Origin: Lingula anatina
Taxonomy: Eukaryota; Animalia; Brachiopoda
NCBI GenBank assembly: GCA_051362555.1
Contig: CM120641.1
Location: forward strand, 38,446,401 to 38,510,400
Direction: 5' to 3'
DNA length: 64,000 nucleotides
The translations under genes and the position numbers were made by a program. Positions 12,452 to 24,069 of this stretch are shown piece after piece. The notes under the pieces are model-generated. The model had not been told where the DNA came from. It saw nothing but the letters and a program-made list of their open reading frames with translations, and searched no databases. Numbering within the stretch: the stretch's first letter is position 1; each line of letters begins with the position of its first letter.

Positions 12452-15400
12452 TCAACCGCTTAACGTGGCCATGTATGGAGAGAAAGGTGGTCTTTGGACA
12501 GGATACGTCATGTAGTAGAGAGAGGGCGGGGCTGCAGTGGCTGCAGTCGATGGGCTTTCCGAAGGGGAGTAATAGTTCGGTGATGAGCTCCCTACGGGTG
12601 TACCGCCTGGACTGTTCTGGAGTTCATAGTTTTGCATTTCGTATCCTTCTCCTGGGAACTGCGGGCGACGGGGCGGGGAATTTTCTGCTTTGATATGAAC
12701 ATTGTCACCACTGACAGCCTGGGTGAAGGTGTTTCCGGTCATGTTGCCATGGTTACCAACAGAGTTCGGAATGTTTCCATGGATACCAACACTCTCTCCC
12801 TGAATTTCTGTATTTACGGAGACTGGTTGAAAAGGCGAGAGATTCATGGAATTTGGGACGCGGCATGTGTTCATCCAGTTTCCCGCAGCAGACGATCCAG
12901 GACCTCCGCTGTAAGTTGCCGGTGGGTTGTGGGCCGAGACGCCGTTAATCATTTGAGGCTGACCAACAAGATGGCGGCCATTCAGCTGTCTGTTTGGAGG
13001 TAAATACTGATCCAGTTCTGTCTCGTCAAAGTGCTCTATATTCCCAATGACATCTTCTCTGAGTTCGCCAATGTCCACCCGACTGAAGTCTATAGGTTGG
13101 CCTCCTGGACCTAGAGGGAAAAACAGAAAGTTTTAGTGATTGTCGCTACATAACTGAGTCTTTGCCAAATTTTCATTTTTAATGTACACCTACATGTACC
13201 TGTTTTTGCCAAATAAGGCCTATTTAAAATGATACTAATTCTACTAAAGGGATATCCTTTCATAAATGCATGGCATGAAATTTTACTTCCTCAAGTTCAC
13301 TTATTTCCTTGTTCATCTTGTTATGTAAGAAAGCTACCTGAGAAATGTCTGAGTGGCTTGGTCATCAAGGCTTGTGGAGTGGTGGGTGGGGTCAGGCTCT
13401 GGTGGTTTGGCAAGTTTCGCGAGCTACTAGCAGACATCATACAGGAGTCGTCGTCACTGCAGCCGGGGGACCGAGCTGGCTCACTTATTGATCGCAGGAA
13501 AGCTGCTTTGGACTGCTGTGTGCTCGTCTCGCCAGAAACGCTCTTGATGTTTTTCCTGCGCCGAGGCTGGTACTTGTATTCAGGGTGGTCGTTTTTGTGT
13601 TTCTGTCGCAGACGCTCTGCTTCGTCCATAAACGGCCGCTTCTCCCCTTCACCTAACATTCTATAAACACAAAAGGAAAGTACACATGAATAACACAGTC
13701 TTGTCGTATAAGTGTTGTGTGTTTTCCTACGAAATGAAAATGATTCAATATTATTAGTCACAATAACATTTTAAAGCAAAACGTTTGTAGGGCGATCAGC
13801 TTACGTTTCTAAAAATTCTGACTTGGAGCGTTCAAGTATCACGAAAAATAGTGTTTTATGTACACAATCATATGGGTAAATGAATTCAGAAACTTTTGTG
13901 AAAAAAAGTTCCGACAAACAAAAAAGACAGTTATCGCCCACGGGGTCACTATTTATCTCTGATAATACTTTAGTTGCTGTCATTCCTGCCGCCATGGTAC
14001 ATTGATTTGTCCCTACACGATTCCGCAAAGTGTTTTTTTCTCCCACTCTTTTTTAAGCAACTTGCTAGTTATACCATTTTCATAACATTATCATATTTAT
14101 TTATCATATTTATATATCATATCATATTTTATATTTTGTTTAACGCTCAAAGGACCGGTTCCTAACCAGAAAATAGTTTATGCCATAGTGTTGACGGTTG
14201 CAAGGGGCTGTGAGTGTTTAGCATCAGCTCCTGTATCACAAATACAAAAACATATAAATCAACCGACCACCTCTTCAGTATCAGTGCTTAAATTACAGAA
14301 CAACCAATATTTCATTCGAAAAACGGGTCTGAAACTATCCAACGGGGCACATCGATCTATTAAACCCTGGACCTCGAGACGTTTTAGGTAGTGTTTCTCT
14401 AATAGGAGCACAACTGAACGGGTTTATGGAGGCGGATCACGCAACGACTCGACTCGGAGCCCATGAAATCTTCCAATCAGCCATGCAAATGCAGAGGTCC
14501 GATGATATCTACGGGCCCATTGCACACGCTCGTTCACCGCCATAGTGGAGATGCGGTGGTTTGACATGCCATCTGAACTGTCGATTCCACATTAAAAACC
14601 GGGTACCTGGGACGCCAGGAGCCCAGAGAAGATTATCAGCGCTTAAAATTACCATTTACACCGCAACATTAATTTCCCCAATATTTTGGAAATTGTGTAT
14701 AACTTGCTAAAAACCGCAACGTTTACACGTAAAAAACGAGAAGAGTGCAGTCATGCGGAAAAGAGCAACATCGTCATCAAACCCGCAGACTAATTTGAGG
14801 TTTCCCATAATTTGGTCTCTGAAAGAATCCCTGCGTCCTAAGTCCATATGAAAAATTGGAGCCCATTTTCCACACGGATCATTAAACAGACGTGTGATAT
14901 CTTCACACTACCAATTTTCCTAATTTTTCTCATACCACCAACGCGGGCGACTAACTTATAATGAACGTATTCGCGTCAGGTGTACGGTAACCTCGGACAG
15001 TATCACTGACCGATACGAATTTCTTTGATCTTCATTGCATAGATAGTTGGGACAAGTGCGTGTCGGTAAGTGTCTTTTCTTGAGCCACACGTACGACAGG
15101 GGCAGTAATCGCGATAATTACCCGGGTAGCCCTTTTCAATCATGCCGATACATATAAAATTACGCTCACTGGTGCCAGGGTCTGTAACCGTCAATTACGC
15201 GGCCTATCTCACTACACCCATGCTGGTGATTTGGGTACGTAATTCAGCTGTATAAAGAGCAATGTAGCACGAAGGGGCGATCAATTCCACGAAATGCCGT
15301 GACTTCGCGCCCACTGTCAGTATGTTCACAATAATCGTCACCGGGTACTAAATGATGCATAGGTGTGGAAAGTGCGGAGGTAGCCCATGATTATGATAAT

Positions 15401-17015
15401 TAAGAAGGAACGCATTAGGGATGCGTTTGAAGTGATTAAATGAAAACTTTAAACGCGAGCTGACTTATGTTAATCGACATCAAATTAGGTGGAAAATCTT
15501 AATTATATATCGCTTTGTTTCAGCACAGTAGACACCTTTATTCGTTGTAGCATTTTGTCAATTATCCAAGTGCGAAAACTACTTATCTATGGATATTATG
15601 GAGACTAAGATGAATTTATGAACATTATATAGCCCGGTTTAGGGGATTTATTTCCTAAAGCCCTGTGGACTATTACGTTTCACCAAGGAAGTCTCGTCCT
15701 TCAACTTCCTTAATTATTCAAGATTCATATCATTACAGAACTACGCAAATGTTTTTAATTCAGCATATTACTTTATAATATATATCTGCTTTGCTATTTA
15801 ATGGGTAATTTTACTAACAATTTCCTTATTTTAGTTACGAAGAGCGTCAACATTATCCTCACCAGAGAGTTTTAAAAGAGACATGACGAAAATAATTTAA
15901 ACTCAAATCCACTTTCACATAAGAGCAGGCTTCCATCAAAATAACGCATTTCCTTCACATTTACTTCCCCTTTTCCTTTTAATCAAAACGCTTCCTTTAT
16001 TAGTGGTCAACTTTCTCTCCCAGTGCGTGACAGTGGGTTAACTGGACTTTATTACCGCACCGCTTGTGTAAAATAAGCTGTGTATATATCGGGGATGCAA
16101 GAATTTCGTGTACATTTATATGATGTATTTCTCGTGTGTGATCTTACGCTCTTACCATGAAACCAATCAGTCTCTTATATGACGCTAGCTGTAAAAACAC
16201 ATTCATCATACCGACTTCCTCGTGAATCATTTTGTGCTTGTTTGTGTGCAAACTTTGATCAGTCACTGTATTTATTTCTTTGTAACTACCAGAGAAACTG
16301 AAATAGGTTTTTTCCTCTTCGCAAAGCTCATAAGAAATGAAACTAGCAATAGGGCTCTGTGTGTACACACCAACTGCGAATTTTAAAGTGTTTACAAATT
16401 GTTGCATAATTATTATTAACCATAAATTGGGCATATACCTTGTTTACTAACAGATACCTGATTTCCAAGCAAAGATTTAAAAACACATGACTAGATCTGG
16501 GAGTGCATAATTAGGAAGTTTACGTAGCGAAATAGCCTTTGATATAATGCAACATGAAAGATGACATGAAAGAGCGAGGATTCCAGACAAAAACTGACTT
16601 CAGTTTCACATGTAATACAATATACAAAATTAAAAGAAAAAATCACGCCAGCTTACCTCCATAGCTTCCCCAGGGTTTTGCTGAGCTCTGCATTATGAAG
16701 ATGTGGGTACTGATCTGCCAGTTTCTTTCTAGCAGCCTGAGCCCACACCATGAAGGCGTTCATGGGTCGCTTAATGTGTGGTTTCCTCTTCTCAGATGCC
16801 CCGGCACGCGTGGACATAGGAACTAGGGTCCAATCGTAACCTTTTAAGACATGGGCCACGGCCTGCTGGATTTCACTTGGGAACTCTGGGTTTGGCATCA
16901 CAATCTGGGACACTTTTTGTTCCTGGCTGTCTAACTGCTCAATATCGGAGTCTCTGCTGTCGCTGTCCTCTGCGGTGCTTGAACTTGGAGATGGTGTGCG
17001 CTCGTTCTCAGCCAT
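12452..17015 (-). CDS. SoxE: SoxE-family (Sox9-like) transcription factor, paralogue B, complete; exons 17015-16657, 13660-13338, 13110-12452 (about 446 aa)
   Basis: Exon 1 has the dimerization domain and HMG N-half. Exon 2 completes the HMG box ([36 protein letters not shown]) and has LTPPTTP. Exon 3 starts [38 protein letters not shown] (SoxE K2 domain) and contains HIKAE. All junctions are GT/AG and the frame is consistent (359+323+659=1341 nt). Confidence 0.95.
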
Positions 17016-17156
17016 TGTTTAGGGGTTGAAATTATCCAGTTATCAAGTCTGAAAGTTCGGATACACAACCAGTTACAAACAGTCAGTTGAGTCAGTAGAG
17101 TGAGCTCCTCTGAAAGGTTTGAATAGGTTACCTTGACTTCCCTACACTACCTCTAC

Positions 17157-17260
17157 TTATATATGACGTATGCTAATAAGCCGGCTTGCATGACTCCGCC
17201 TTCTCTCGCGCTAGCTGGTGATTGACGGCCAGGCACCCGCAGGCCGCACGCACCACTAAC
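17157..17260 (-). promoter_or_regulatory. Proximal promoter of SoxE-B (TATA-like TATATAA on the - strand, shared TGACGTATGCTAAT module)
   Basis: The - strand reads ...ATTAGCATACGTCATATATAAGTAG about 140-160 bp upstream of the ATG; the motif is shared with SoxE-A. Confidence 0.6.
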
Positions 17261-18378
17261 ACATTCGTGATTTGCTTTCGTTTTCATTTGATATGCTAAA
17301 CGCATTAATTACAGCAATTGTCTTAACGTCGTACATTAAGCCCATTAATTAAATCCCATTATTATTGTGCCCGGGTCTCGACTTTTTGCAGCCCATGTAA
17401 ATGCCTTATTTCGCATAAGAGATTTATCTGAAGTATGAATGTTACTTGCGTGATAGCGTTAGATGCGCGTTGCGTTTTTTCAACGTTATTTATCTTTTTA
17501 ATTATGTTTTGATGGAAATTAACAAAAATCGAGGAGCAACCCACGTAAGGTCGACCAAGTACAAACTGTTGAGTTAGAACAGAGAATAAGACTGCTTTGG
17601 AAAACAATGAAGTAGTAGAAGCACTCTAGATAAAATGCAAATTCGGACGGCCATATATCGCAGATGCACCTGCACACCCTCTTCTTACCTTCACTGCTCT
17701 GTCTGGGGACAGTGTATCTTGCCCTGGCAGACAAGGCTAAGTAAGTTTTTGACTTGTAACACCCACTGGTTTTTAGAAAAGTCAATTGAACCGAGACAGT
17801 GCGTCTACGAAAAACAACTGTGAAAGACAATGATTAGGCCGTCTGTCACCCAAATGATATGTTGTCTAGCAAAATACCAACTTAACAAGCTAGAATTCAG
17901 TCCGCTAAAATTGATGCCAACTCACAGAGGTCTGTGAGGACGTAGTTAAGCTGTTTTTTTTTAATTTTAAAACTATGCTAGCTGTCTGGATTTCTCTGAA
18001 AGTGTATTTGTCTTGTTGTAGTAATTACAGAGGCGCCTACGCTCAAATGCTCGTGCCTCCACTTCTCCCTGCATACAGAAACGTGCGTACACACACACAT
18101 TTTCGCAGGCACGCGCTTCGTAATCTGACAGGACAAAAAAGGAAAACTGAAACCCCTGAATTTTCAATCTTTCTGCAGATCATTAACATCTACAGTTTGG
18201 AAGAATAGAAAAGAAGAAACTGTTAAGAGGTACTCGTATATAAACAGTCGACGCCCGAGAACCCTCCGATTTAAAATTTGAACCCGGAATGGCTTTGGCA
18301 TGTGCAAAAAAGCGTTTCCGAATACCCGAGCATTATTGCATCAACGACTGAATGGCTTTGAAAGAGACAGTATAACCC

Positions 18379-18618
18379 TGTGACCACCCGATATGTCCGA
18401 CAGGTCAGATATGTCCTACGACCAGAGAACAGGCCAGATATGTCCGACAAAAAAGAGCCAGATGTGTCCGACAGGCCAGATATGTCCGACACAACTGGCT
18501 CTTTTTGTCGGACATATCTGGTCTGTCGGACACATCTGGCTTTTTTTTGTCGGACATATCTGGCCTGTTCTTTGGTCGTAGGACATATCTGGCCTGTCGG
18601 ACATATCAGGTCGTCACA
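18379..18618. mobile_element. Foldback/MITE-like palindromic element built of CCAGATATGTCCGACA sub-repeats
   Basis: The left arm of about 110 bp (TGTGACCACCCGATATGTCCGACAGG...) is the near-perfect reverse complement of the right arm (...CCTGTCGGACATATCAGGTCGTCACA). AACCCT is present at both junctions. Confidence 0.8.
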
Positions 18619-20089
18619 AACCCTAACATAGGTATTTCGACCGTTCTGACTCTATTACTTTAAAAAATTCACCAGACGATTTGTTCACATTTGCGACTAT
18701 TTCTTTTCTAGTCATGGACATTTCCCAATTTTCCCCGTACAATATTTGCGACATTAGAAACAAATGTATCCAAAAAGTTTTTGTCTGAAGCTGATGTCTT
18801 GATTTATCATAATATGACCTATTCACGCGATTAAATGGCGTTGACGGTGCATGCTGTGACAGAATTACACAGACTTCTGTCAGCCCGGTCGTTATAAATG
18901 TGTCGGCTACATAATCTAAATTTGAATCAGAGGTGCAATTAAGTGTATCTATGTATAACACGGAGACGGCGATACTAATTCATTACTCGTCCCTTTTTCT
19001 CCCTCCTTCGTTTTGTCACATTTTTTCTCATTTTAATTCAGTTCGTTCGCTGCAGATCGTGCCTTTGTACATTATGTTCAGTTTAGCAGCAGCGCCGCAC
19101 TTTATCACCGCTACAACGGGACAACCCTGGAGTAATGGTTTCCGACTCAGCAGGCATCGTTCACGTGCCCCATGGTGCTCCAATTTTTTTCTTTTCCTTG
19201 ATTGAGATAATTAAATGACAATTCATCGCTGATTTCGGCATTGGTTTGATTTTCGATGTAAAGCTATGCTAGAGCGTAGTGTGCTACTTAGATGGTTCTT
19301 TCTTTTCGTTGGTTTCCCAGATTTTGGTGTTCTAACATATTTTGTTTCTGTACTTAACTATTTCGTGCACTTGAAATGTTGGAAATTTCAATTTGTTAAA
19401 CACTCATGGACAAAAACTCTTGCTTTAAATGCATATGAAAAAATGAAGGCATTAAGAGTGAAGTTTTTTTCCATAATCAACTGGAAGTCATTTTGTTCCT
19501 ATTCCTAGAAAATGTAACTGTTAACACTCATAAAATATATCGACTATCATCTAATATACATTAGGATTTGTTTCAGATGCACTGCGTTCTCATACTGCTA
19601 GATGGCTTGGGTATTTTGCGAATCCAAAAAACATCTTTAATAAAATTTACACCAATTATGTGTGTAACGTGATCGGTTTAGAGCTTTTAGGTGGCTTACT
19701 GAGATCAGGGTGTCGACAACCGCTTGGTAGCTGTAACAGTAGCGGTACAAGAAGTTTGATTGTAAGGGGTGAATCACAAAAGGGAAATAAAGAAGGAATT
19801 CGGGAAATATATTACAAAAACAGATTTCCCGACAACTTCGACTGTTTCCTTTACGACGTATGGTCACTATAATATATTACATGCATGCAAAACACTGTGA
19901 TCAATTATACGTGCAAGTTGTGACAATTTCTGTGTTTCTCTATTCCAGAACTTTTCGCATCATCTTGTATAGGTATAATTTTGGATAACATGCAACAAGC
20001 ATTAATGTCACGATTCGTTTTGTTTCTGAATGTTAGTTACCAATACGAGACCTGTCCTTGAGGTCAAACTTTAGTCCATTCCCATCACG

Positions 20090-20103
20090 GCACACACACG
20101 CGT

Positions 20104-20142
<39 letters not shown>
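20090..20142. repeat. (CA)n microsatellite
   Basis: Direct run. Confidence 0.9.
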
Positions 20143-20144
<2 letters not shown>

Positions 20145-20825
20145 GTTGCTCAAAATGACGGGCACACCCTTGACAATTTGGTATTTTAACAATGATACAG
20201 CTGTGCATTAAAGAAAAATTGATGTTTGTAACAAAAAGAATCCATGGATGTTAATGCTGTTCGTTACAACGATACAATGACACCACACCTACGTTCGATG
20301 TATGTAAATTATTTTTACATGTATGTAAATTATTTTAAGGTCTGGAAATCATTTTCTTTTGCAATGCACATGCTTGTGATCATTTAATCTATATCAGTTT
20401 GATCCAAGCGTATCTAACTTGCCCAGTTTCGATGGACATTTCTTCATGCGTTGGTCTCGTCACTATTAAAACTGACTTACGACTTGATTTTCAACCTGTT
20501 GCTGTATTGAAGATGATCTTACAAATTAAAGTTGGAAAAATGACTTAAAGAGGTTTATTTTCCTATATGGAAAAAACGTAATTTAAATTTTTTTAAAAGT
20601 GGGGAAGATTGGGAATGGTTGTAGCACTTTTCGTTTGAAAAATGTAATTTTATAAGTTTTGTATTCAAGTCTGATTTTTGTGGCATAAAAAGAACTGAAT
20701 GTAAAGATCACCCGCAACTCTTTATTTCAAGGAATAATTCTTGAGTTTTATTCAAAATTGCGACGACTTGTACATTAACCAATCACGTGCAAATTTGTTA
20801 ATGAAAATCAACTGACAGCATGTCA

Positions 20826-21710
20826 GAGTTTTAAAAACACATTCTATTAAGGAAAACTTATATGCAATATATAACCATAGGGTGTGCAAAAAAAGTGAAT
20901 GAACTCATTTTCACATGACAGCGCATTTAATATCTAAGATAAATCCAACAACGTTACCGTTAAAATTTTGATAAGCTATTACAACTATTAGAAACCATAG
21001 AAGATATCTTAAAGTGGATCCACCTGCAATGCACTAAATGTTCTAAATGAGTTTTAAAAACACATTCTATTAAGGAAAACTTATATGCAATATATAACCA
21101 TAGGGTATGCAAAAAAAGTGAATGAACTCATTTTCACATGACAGTGCATTTAATATCTTAGTTAAATCCAACAACGTTACTGTTAAAATTTTTGATAAGC
21201 TATTACAACTATTAGAAACCATAGAAGATATCTTAAAGTGGATCCACCTGAAATGCACTAAATGTTCTAAATGAGTTTTAAAAACACATTCTATTAAGGA
21301 AAACTTATATGCAATATATAACCATAGGGTATGCAAAAAAAGTGAATGAACTCATTTTCACATGACAGTGCATTTAATATCTTAGTTAAATCCAACAACG
21401 TTACTGTTAAAATTTTTGATAAGCTATTACAACTATTAGAAACCATAGAAGATATCTTAAAGTGGATCCACCTGAAATGCACTAAATGTTCTAAATGAGT
21501 TTTAAAAACACATTCTATTAAGGAAAACTTATATGCAATATATAACCATAGGGTATGCAAAAAAAGTGAATGAACTCATTTTCACATGACAGTGCATTTA
21601 ATATCTTAGTTAAATCCAACAACGTTACTGTTAAAATTTTTGATAAGCTATTACAAATATTAGAAACCATAGAAGATATCTTAAAGTGGATCGACCTGCA
21701 ATGCACTAAA
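20826..21710. repeat. Tandem repeat, 224-bp unit, about 4 copies
   Basis: The unit starts GAGTTTTAAAAACACATTCTATTAAGGAAAAC; identical ORFs at 21070 and 21294 are offset by exactly 224 bp. Confidence 0.95.
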
Positions 21711-24033
21711 TAATCTTTAATTATTTAAATTTTATTACAACCTATACATATAAACCAACGACGTGTTAAGACAAACGCAACCCATTATTAGTTAATGGAA
21801 TAACAAGCCTTCATATAGGATTCAAAATTCCACAATAAATACATTGTTAACAACGCATAGAAATTTAAAAAAATCCCATTTTACCACCAGAATGTTCTGA
21901 ATATTTATTATGGATTCATTAACCATTGGAAAGTATGGAAAATTGTCCAGGGATATACGTTTTATGGCACTTTTCACCCCAAAATGAAGAGTCGTCATTC
22001 CTTTAAACCTATTGGTGTTTGTGTGTGAGCTAAATACATCCATATTCTTGAAAATGAAATGTTTTATCTGTAGTGCAGAATTTCGTACCATAGGAATTCA
22101 TGACATAATATATGAAGTTGTCTATATTTTCTTTTGTTTTTATGCATAAAATTACTTCTGGCGACAACTTTTTCATTTTTTTTATTTATTAAAATAAAAA
22201 GGAAAGAATAAGTCAAGAAAAAAGAAAAAGAATCCTTTTTGACAAAAATAACTGTCAAATCTTACACAGTATACAAAAATAATTATCATTTAATGCCAAT
22301 GTTTTACCAATAAGACAACAACATAACTTATAGTTATGACGTTTTTAATTTTGGACTTAAACGTGTATGTTCAGGTTTATTAAATGTAAAATTATGTTCT
22401 ACTTCTATTGTCAAAATTATATGATTTCACTAAAATTACTCAAAAGTTCGTATATTGAACTATTGACTTCTGTACTTTTGCGTTAACGTGTCTTTTTCAA
22501 AAAATATAAATGGTCATAAGCGGGTTTTATTTATTCAACATTAAGAATCTAAATATTTTCAAAATTCAACTAATCGATACAATTAACAGATAAGAATTTG
22601 CACTCATTATCTTCATTTTAAAAAAAGCAACATGTACAGAAGGTTATTTTCCTAACTACATTTAATATGACACAAAAAGTTTTGCCATTCAAGAAGACAT
22701 CAAAAACATTGCAACGACTATGTGACGTCAAAAGCTCTGGATCGGCAAAGTAGCCACATCAATGGAAACAGTTTTGCATTCAAAATACATTTCCAGTTTT
22801 GTACCTATGTTCTCTACCCTATATACACGTACATAAAAGATCTGAAGATTTGATTTCGTTTTAGATATTGGGATAATATATTTCATGTCATCGTAGAGGA
22901 ATTCAATCCCACTGTAATTGTCTTTAGTCAGGAGGAAGGGTGACAAGTTGACATAAGCTGAACAGTTAAAACTTTTCCACAGAGAAATGGAGGGGACAAA
23001 ATGGAAGTATTGCACGCAGGGTTAGGATGTCTAGGCCTACTTCTTTTCGATTCAATCAATAGCGTTGAAAATACATTATCATAATCAGTGTTTCCCACCC
23101 ATTGCGCCAGCCAATTTAATCGACAGGTCTGTGCACTGAAGGTATTCATACGTTTTGTGTTTCTGGTTTGTTTTCATATATACACCTTTGCCTATTGGTC
23201 AACCATTATCATATTTCTTATATTTCTACCCTTATAGTTATCAGTCACTTTGTTTAATTAACGGTTGAGATACAGCATTAAATAATTTCTTTTGTCACTT
23301 TTGTAAATGTGTTTTTCCTCCGAACTTTAAGTGTATGCATAGAACTGACCTGGCACGTATGAATCATTGAGCGGGACAAGGGTAGGAAATGATTGAAGTA
23401 CTTACATGGCACCTGATTGATCAGATTAATTTCAAACGTTACGATGTGCCGGCGTTCAGTATGCTTCAGGTTATTGCCAAAAACCTGATTGATCACCCAG
23501 AATATTTTAAGTGCTCAATAAATCGCTAACCCAGTTTGTCAATGCTTACAGCTGCACTGTTTGGAACTCGGTTTTTTGACCGGCAGCATATATTGTATAA
23601 TCGTTGGCGTAAAGACACATTTGTCATGCTTATGAGCCATCAGTGCCATGTTAATTGTCTATAAAACGGCAGTTATGGTGTTTTGTTTTCAAAAACAACA
23701 TGTATCAAAACGAAAGGAACTTGTCGAAAAAAACGGTGATTTTAATTTCGATTTTTATTTCACTTTATATAGGCCTCATGTTTTTACGCCAAACATGTTC
23801 CAAGAAAGGGAAAGAGAGCTGTTTCATAGAAAAATGTTATTGTGATTCCATATATCATCTTTGCTCGGTGCTGAATAAGTACTCCAAATTTATCTAAAAA
23901 CAGAAATATAATAAGGTTGAGGATAAAACACCCGCAGAGAAACTCCACACTTCATTTATATTTTTTTTGTCAATACATAAAGGCCTCAGGTGAAATATTA
24001 GAATATACGAGTAGCCACTGAAAATATAGTTTT

Positions 24034-24069
<36 letters not shown>

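Noticed and set aside
12475-13666. + strand ORFs overlapping SoxE-B exons
   Set aside because: Antisense shadows of real coding exons.
412-17015. The two SoxE copies as an uncollapsed-haplotype artefact
   Set aside because: N-terminal coding regions, UTRs and flanks are unalignable and many synonymous sites differ, far beyond allelic divergence.
18271-18631. Four overlapping ORFs, or a CRISPR-like array of short repeats
   Set aside because: The ORFs are by-products of the palindrome. Spacers are very short and mirrored, the context is eukaryotic and there are no cas genes.
21070-21706. Three near-identical 62-88 aa ORFs
   Set aside because: Artefacts of the 224-bp tandem repeat; no protein-like features.
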